A DNA stretch of 64,000 bases from Pachysolen tannophilus NRRL Y-2460 (taxonomy: Eukaryota), in assembly GCA_001661245.1 (NCBI GenBank), contig KV454013.1, positions 1,683,860-1,747,859 of the forward strand, given 5' to 3'. Positions within the stretch are counted from its first letter, which is position 1. Each line of letters begins with the position of its first letter. Below the pieces are notes generated by a model, which made no database searches, had not been told where the DNA came from, and worked only from the letters and a program-made list of their open reading frames with translations. Both the position numbers and the translations under genes were made by a program. Positions 59,708-64,000 of the stretch are shown one piece after another.

Positions 59708-60660
59708 AAAACATTTTGATTCTATTTTTTTTTTTTTACTTCCTTTTTTTTTTTCATTCAAGATTTTTAGATAAAATTTATATATATATATATATTTTTT
59801 CNNNNNNNNNNNNNNNNNNNNNNNNNNNNNNNNNNNNNNNNNNNNNNNNNNNNNNNNNNNNNNNNNNNNNNNNNNNNNNNNNNNNNNNNNNNNNNNNNNN
59901 NNNNNNNNNNNNNNNNNNNNNNNNNNNNNNNNNNNNNNNNNNNNNNNNNNNNNNNNNNNNNNNNNNNNNNNNNNNNNNNNNNNNNNNNNNNNNNNNNNNN
60001 NNNNNNNNNNNNNNNNNNNNNNNNNNNNNNNNNNNNNNNNNNNNNNNNNNNNNNNNNNNNNNNNNNNNNNNNNNNNNNNNNNNNNNNNNNNNNNNNNNNN
60101 NNNNNNNNNNNNNNNNNNNNNNNNNNNNNNNNNNNNNNNNNNNNNNNNNNNNNNNNNNNNNNNNNNNNNNNNNNNNNNNNNNNNNNNNNNNNNNNNNNNN
60201 NNNNNNNNNNNNNNNNNNNNNNNNNNNNNNNNNNNNNNNNNNNNNNNNNNNNNNNNNNNNNNNNNNNNNNNNNNNNNNNNNNNNNNNNNNNNNNNNNNNN
60301 NNNNNNNNNNNNNNNNNNNNNNNNNNNNNNNNNNNNNNNNNNNNNNNNNNNNNNNNNTTTNTTTTTTTTTTNTTTTTTTTTTTTGGTTTACTTCATTTTA
60401 CAGTTTTTCCTCAAATATAAGACATCAATTACAATTATTTATCGATCTTTTAAAGAGAGGTTTATGTGTATATATAATAAGGTATCGTCGGTGTCCTTCA
60501 TGTATCTGTCCAGAATTTGTCCCCTATATGTGTGTCACTGTTGTGTCTTCAGTGACAGTGTCAAGCAACAAAAATCGCACTACCTTTCTTTCTATCTTTT
60601 AAAGGTATTTCTGCCGATGTCTTTTGATCTAAGTTGTTTAACGAAATAGCAGTTGTTTCT

Positions 60661-61569
60661 ATGATAAGAAGAAGAATAATTGATAAACGAGATATTATGT
60701 CACCTTTATTGAAAACTCTTAGTATTGCGTTAATTCAATTGCATACCACGGCAAATAAGTCGTCGAATTTATTAAAAGTCAAGCAATATGTCCAAAAAGC
60801 ATTGACTGAGAAACCTAGTTTAGATTTAGTAATGTTACCAGAATGTTTTAATTCTCCTTATTCTGTCACTGAATTTAGAAATTATGCTGAAAATGTTCCT
60901 AATGGTGAAACTACTAAATTTCTTAGCGAATTGGCAAAGGAACATAAAGTTTTCATTATTGGAGGATCGATTCCTGAGTTAGGCTTAGACAATAAAGTTT
61001 ATAATACTTCTCTTTCCTTTGATAAGACAGGAAAGCTTATAGCCAAACATAGAAAAGTTCATTTGTTTGATATTGACATTCCTAATGGGATTACTTTTAA
61101 AGAAAGTATCACTTTAAGTGGTGGTGAGAAGGCTACAGTTTTTGATTTGGATGGATATGGGAACGTAGGTTTAGGAATATGTTATGATATAAGATTCCCA
61201 GAATTAGCTGCAATTGCAGCAAGAAAAAACTCTTTTGCAATGTTTTACCCTGGTGCGTTTAACACTACTACAGGTCCACTTCATTGGCATTTATTAGCTA
61301 GGGCAAGGGCAATTGATAATCAAACTTATGTTGTCTTATGTTCTCCTGCTCGAGATTTATCTAGTGGTTACCATGCTTATGGTCATTCTTTAATCGTCGA
61401 TCCAAATGGTAAAATTATTGTTGAAGCAGGAGAGAATGAAGAAATTGTTTACGGGGAATTAGATCCATCGTATATAGATCAAATCAGATCGGGAATCCCA
61501 ATTACTACCCAGAGAAGATTTGACGTGTACGACGATGTCAGTGTTAATGCTAAAGTCAGTGACATTTAA
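60661..61569 (+). CDS. NIT3: Omega-amidase, nitrilase superfamily (alternative start at 60697)
   Basis: LPECFNSPY, HRKVHLFDIDIP, GICYDIRFPE (E-K-C triad), AFNTTTGPLHW. Confidence 0.9.
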   Translation: MIRRRIIDKRDIMSPLLKTLSIALIQLHTTANKSSNLLKVKQYVQKALTEKPSLDLVMLPECFNSPYSVTEFRNYAENVPNGETTKFLSELAKEHKVFIIGGSIPELGLDNKVYNTSLSFDKTGKLIAKHRKVHLFDIDIPNGITFKESITLSGGEKATVFDLDGYGNVGLGICYDIRFPELAAIAARKNSFAMFYPGAFNTTTGPLHWHLLARARAIDNQTYVVLCSPARDLSSGYHAYGHSLIVDPNGKIIVEAGENEEIVYGELDPSYIDQIRSGIPITTQRRFDVYDDVSVNAKVSDI

Positions 61570-62030
61570 TATAAATGTATATGCTATACAGTTAATTACG
61601 TATAATAACTCGATAAATACTTTTATCAAAAACCCTATACAGGATATTTCTGACTTTTAAATCTATTCTAAATTGTAAATTATAGATACTGGGCTATATA
61701 TTATCTGATGCTTCTAGAATAAGGAAAACCTTTATTCTCCGCTTTTCGCTATTATTTCCCCCAGATTTTTCAGCCATACTATTTTTCTTCAAATACAACT
61801 CATTTAATCACTTTCACTGGAAGTCATTATTATTCTGTAGAAGTATTCTATATTCTCTCTTATTTACGAATTGCAAAAAAAAAAAAAGAAAAAAAATATA
61901 TATGAAAATATAATATAAAAGATAAAAAAACATATTCTTTTATAATAGTCTGAAATCAATGACTTTGTTGCTAAAAAATTGTTCATAATAAGTTAATTAT
62001 CTAAATATAATTTTAGTTGTAATTCAAAAG

Positions 62031-63104
62031 ATGACACCTAATGAAGATGCAAATTTAATTCAAGAGCTATTTCCATGGGTTTCCACACCTCCAATTATCA
62101 GTGCACCAATGCGTGGGGTCTCTGGTCCTGAATTAGCTGTTGAAGTCTCAAAGGCTGGTGGTCTTGGCTTTATTGGACCCGGATTGACTGAATCTTCTCT
62201 AGAATTGAACTTGATTCAAGCAGAGAAATTAGTTGCTGGAATAAGTCAATTTCAAAAATTAGATGTTCTTCCGATAGGTGTTGGTTTTATTGTTTGGGAT
62301 AGTGTATTGGAAGTTGCATTAAATGTTATTTTAAAGTATAGACCATCTGCGGTTTGGTTATTTGCCGCACGGGAGGGTCAAAAAGATTTTGATCTTTGGA
62401 TCAATAAACTTAATGAGGTTTCACCTGCTACGAAAATATTTATTCAGTTGGGATCTGTTACACAAGCAATTGAAGCTTTCAAGAGCAAATCTAGACCTGA
62501 TTTAATTGTAGTCCAAGGATCTGATGCTGGAGGTCATGGCTTGAAGAAAGGGTGTGGTCTAATCCCACTTTTATTAGAAATTCGTGATAAATTGGATGAA
62601 CTTTCATATTCTTTAAAAATTCCAAAATTACCTTTAATCGCAGCAGGAGGAATTGCCGAAGGTCGAGGGGTAGCAGCTTCATTGATATTAGGTGCTTCTG
62701 GAGTTGCAATGGGGACTAGATTCTTGGCATCCAACGAGTCTTTAGTTGCCCAGGGTTATAAGAATGCTTTAATTGAGGCAGAAGATGGAGGTCAAAATAC
62801 CAAACGTACATTTTTATTTGATCAGCTTCGTGGCACCACAGGATGGCCAAAAGACTATAATGGCAGGAGTGTAATCAACCAGAGTGTGAGAGATGACGAA
62901 CTCAACAGTATCCCATTTGAAGAAAACAAAAAATTATACGAAGAAGCTTTAGCAAAAGGTGATCAAGGTTGGGGATTTGAGAACGGAAGATTAACTACAT
63001 TTGCTGGTGCTGAAGTTGGCTTGATTAAAAAAATTGAACCTGCTGCTCAACTTGTATTCAAAGTTAGGGAAGATGCAATCAAATGTCTTCATATAGCTTT
63101 ATAA
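62031..63104 (+). CDS. Nitronate monooxygenase / 2-nitropropane dioxygenase-family flavoprotein
   Basis: ISAPM, AGGLGFI, VQGSDAGGHG, IAAGGIAEGRG, MGTRFLAS. Confidence 0.9.
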   Translation: MTPNEDANLIQELFPWVSTPPIISAPMRGVSGPELAVEVSKAGGLGFIGPGLTESSLELNLIQAEKLVAGISQFQKLDVLPIGVGFIVWDSVLEVALNVILKYRPSAVWLFAAREGQKDFDLWINKLNEVSPATKIFIQLGSVTQAIEAFKSKSRPDLIVVQGSDAGGHGLKKGCGLIPLLLEIRDKLDELSYSLKIPKLPLIAAGGIAEGRGVAASLILGASGVAMGTRFLASNESLVAQGYKNALIEAEDGGQNTKRTFLFDQLRGTTGWPKDYNGRSVINQSVRDDELNSIPFEENKKLYEEALAKGDQGWGFENGRLTTFAGAEVGLIKKIEPAAQLVFKVREDAIKCLHIAL

Positions 63105-63528
63105 ACATTAAATTACAATTAATAGCACATGCTTTCCAAAAATCAAGATTATCATTATTACCCATACTGTTTAAAGAAATTACACGATACTTATTTTACT
63201 TATTTACAATTAACTTATAATATAGGCCTAAAATCTATTTCGCGATAATGCAGTTAGCCGCAGTTCCATTGATAGACAAGTAGTGATAAGATTGGATCAT
63301 ATTAGTAGCGGGATTATATTTGTGCTGTTTAAATGTAGTATATTACAATGTAACATTTTCTGTTTTCATTTGTAGCCTTTTTCTAGTTAGATAGCTCATA
63401 ATCTGCAACTGGTAACGAAAATAAAAAAATGTTACCCCAGTCGATTAGAATTTGTATACATATATAATCAACCAACCACGCAACTTCTAATTCTAATTAA
63501 ACAGTCTAAGGAGTATGAATAAAGTAAA

Positions 63529-64000
63529 ATGACTGTGGAACAACCTATTTTGAACTTACTTGTTATAGGAGCTGGAGGAAGAGGAGAAGCTTATACCAAT
63601 GCCTTGAAAACTTCTAAATTTGTTAAAATTACAGGTATTGCTGACCCTAATACAGTCAGGCTAAAGAATTTGAAAAATTTTTACTTAGGTTTGAGGCCTG
63701 ATATGGACAGCAGTGAAATTAAAGAATATTCTGATTGGAAAAATTGTGTTGAAGATGCTAATCTTTACCATGGTGTTTTGATTTGTGTAATGGACCAAAT
63801 GCATAGGGATGTTGCAGTGACATTTGCTGATTTAGGTAAGCATCTATTATGTGAGAAGCCAATGGCTACCACCTGGCAAGAATGTAAGGATATCTTTGAT
63901 GCAGTTATTAGAAACAACGTCTTATTGGCTGTTGGTCATGTCTTGCGTTATTCACCTCACAATGTTATGTTGAAGAGTTTATTAGATGAGGGAGCCGTTG
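63529..64000 (+). CDS. Gfo/Idh/MocA-family NAD(P)-dependent oxidoreductase (runs off the window; absent from the ORF track)
   Basis: Open frame MTVEQPILNLLVIGAGGRG...IADP...DQMHRD...HLLCEKPMA...VGHVLRYSP. Confidence 0.9.
   Translation, partial: MTVEQPILNLLVIGAGGRGEAYTNALKTSKFVKITGIADPNTVRLKNLKNFYLGLRPDMDSSEIKEYSDWKNCVEDANLYHGVLICVMDQMHRDVAVTFADLGKHLLCEKPMATTWQECKDIFDAVIRNNVLLAVGHVLRYSPHNVMLKSLLDEGAV

Noticed and set aside
59674..60420. 248-aa ORF in the track
   Set aside because: Almost entirely N-gap and poly-T.
63506..63513. Shine-Dalgarno-like TAAGGAG before the Gfo/Idh/MocA gene, suggesting bacterial origin
   Set aside because: Spacing fits neither ATG, codon usage matches the host, and the family is present in fungi.

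Overview
AT-rich budding-yeast (Saccharomycotina) chromosomal DNA with three N-gaps (1871-2427, 4574-4840, 59802-60357) and about 27 protein-coding genes. I found no tRNA, rRNA, transposon or CRISPR. The left end holds a very large, intron-containing Flo11-domain adhesin with several repeat arrays and a ~3.5 kb upstream region. Housekeeping genes follow: PMT1, an M1 aminopeptidase, GFA1, APE1, a HAD phosphatase, FTR1, an aldo-keto reductase, DRN1, DNM1, RTT109, PRE3, eIF3d, SFI1-like, NOC4, an APC permease, an EGH1-like GH5, INO1, POM34-like, MEU1, a STIMATE-family protein, COX17, XYL1, NIT3, a nitronate monooxygenase and a truncated Gfo/Idh/MocA oxidoreductase. The strongest signal is a non-standard genetic code: in-frame CTG codons repeatedly sit at conserved alanine positions (CUG=Ala, as known for the Pachysolen/Nakazawaea clade), so the supplied ORF track mistranslates them as Leu. 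I reconstructed seven spliceosomal introns by hand, including a 15-nt micro-exon carrying the proteasome catalytic Thr and an intron splitting the GFA1 catalytic Cys codon. The most novel-looking candidate is the adhesin pre-pro region, where two KR sites bracket a short peptide whose sequence depends on which of two in-frame splice acceptors is used. All homology statements come from recalled family motifs, not database searches.
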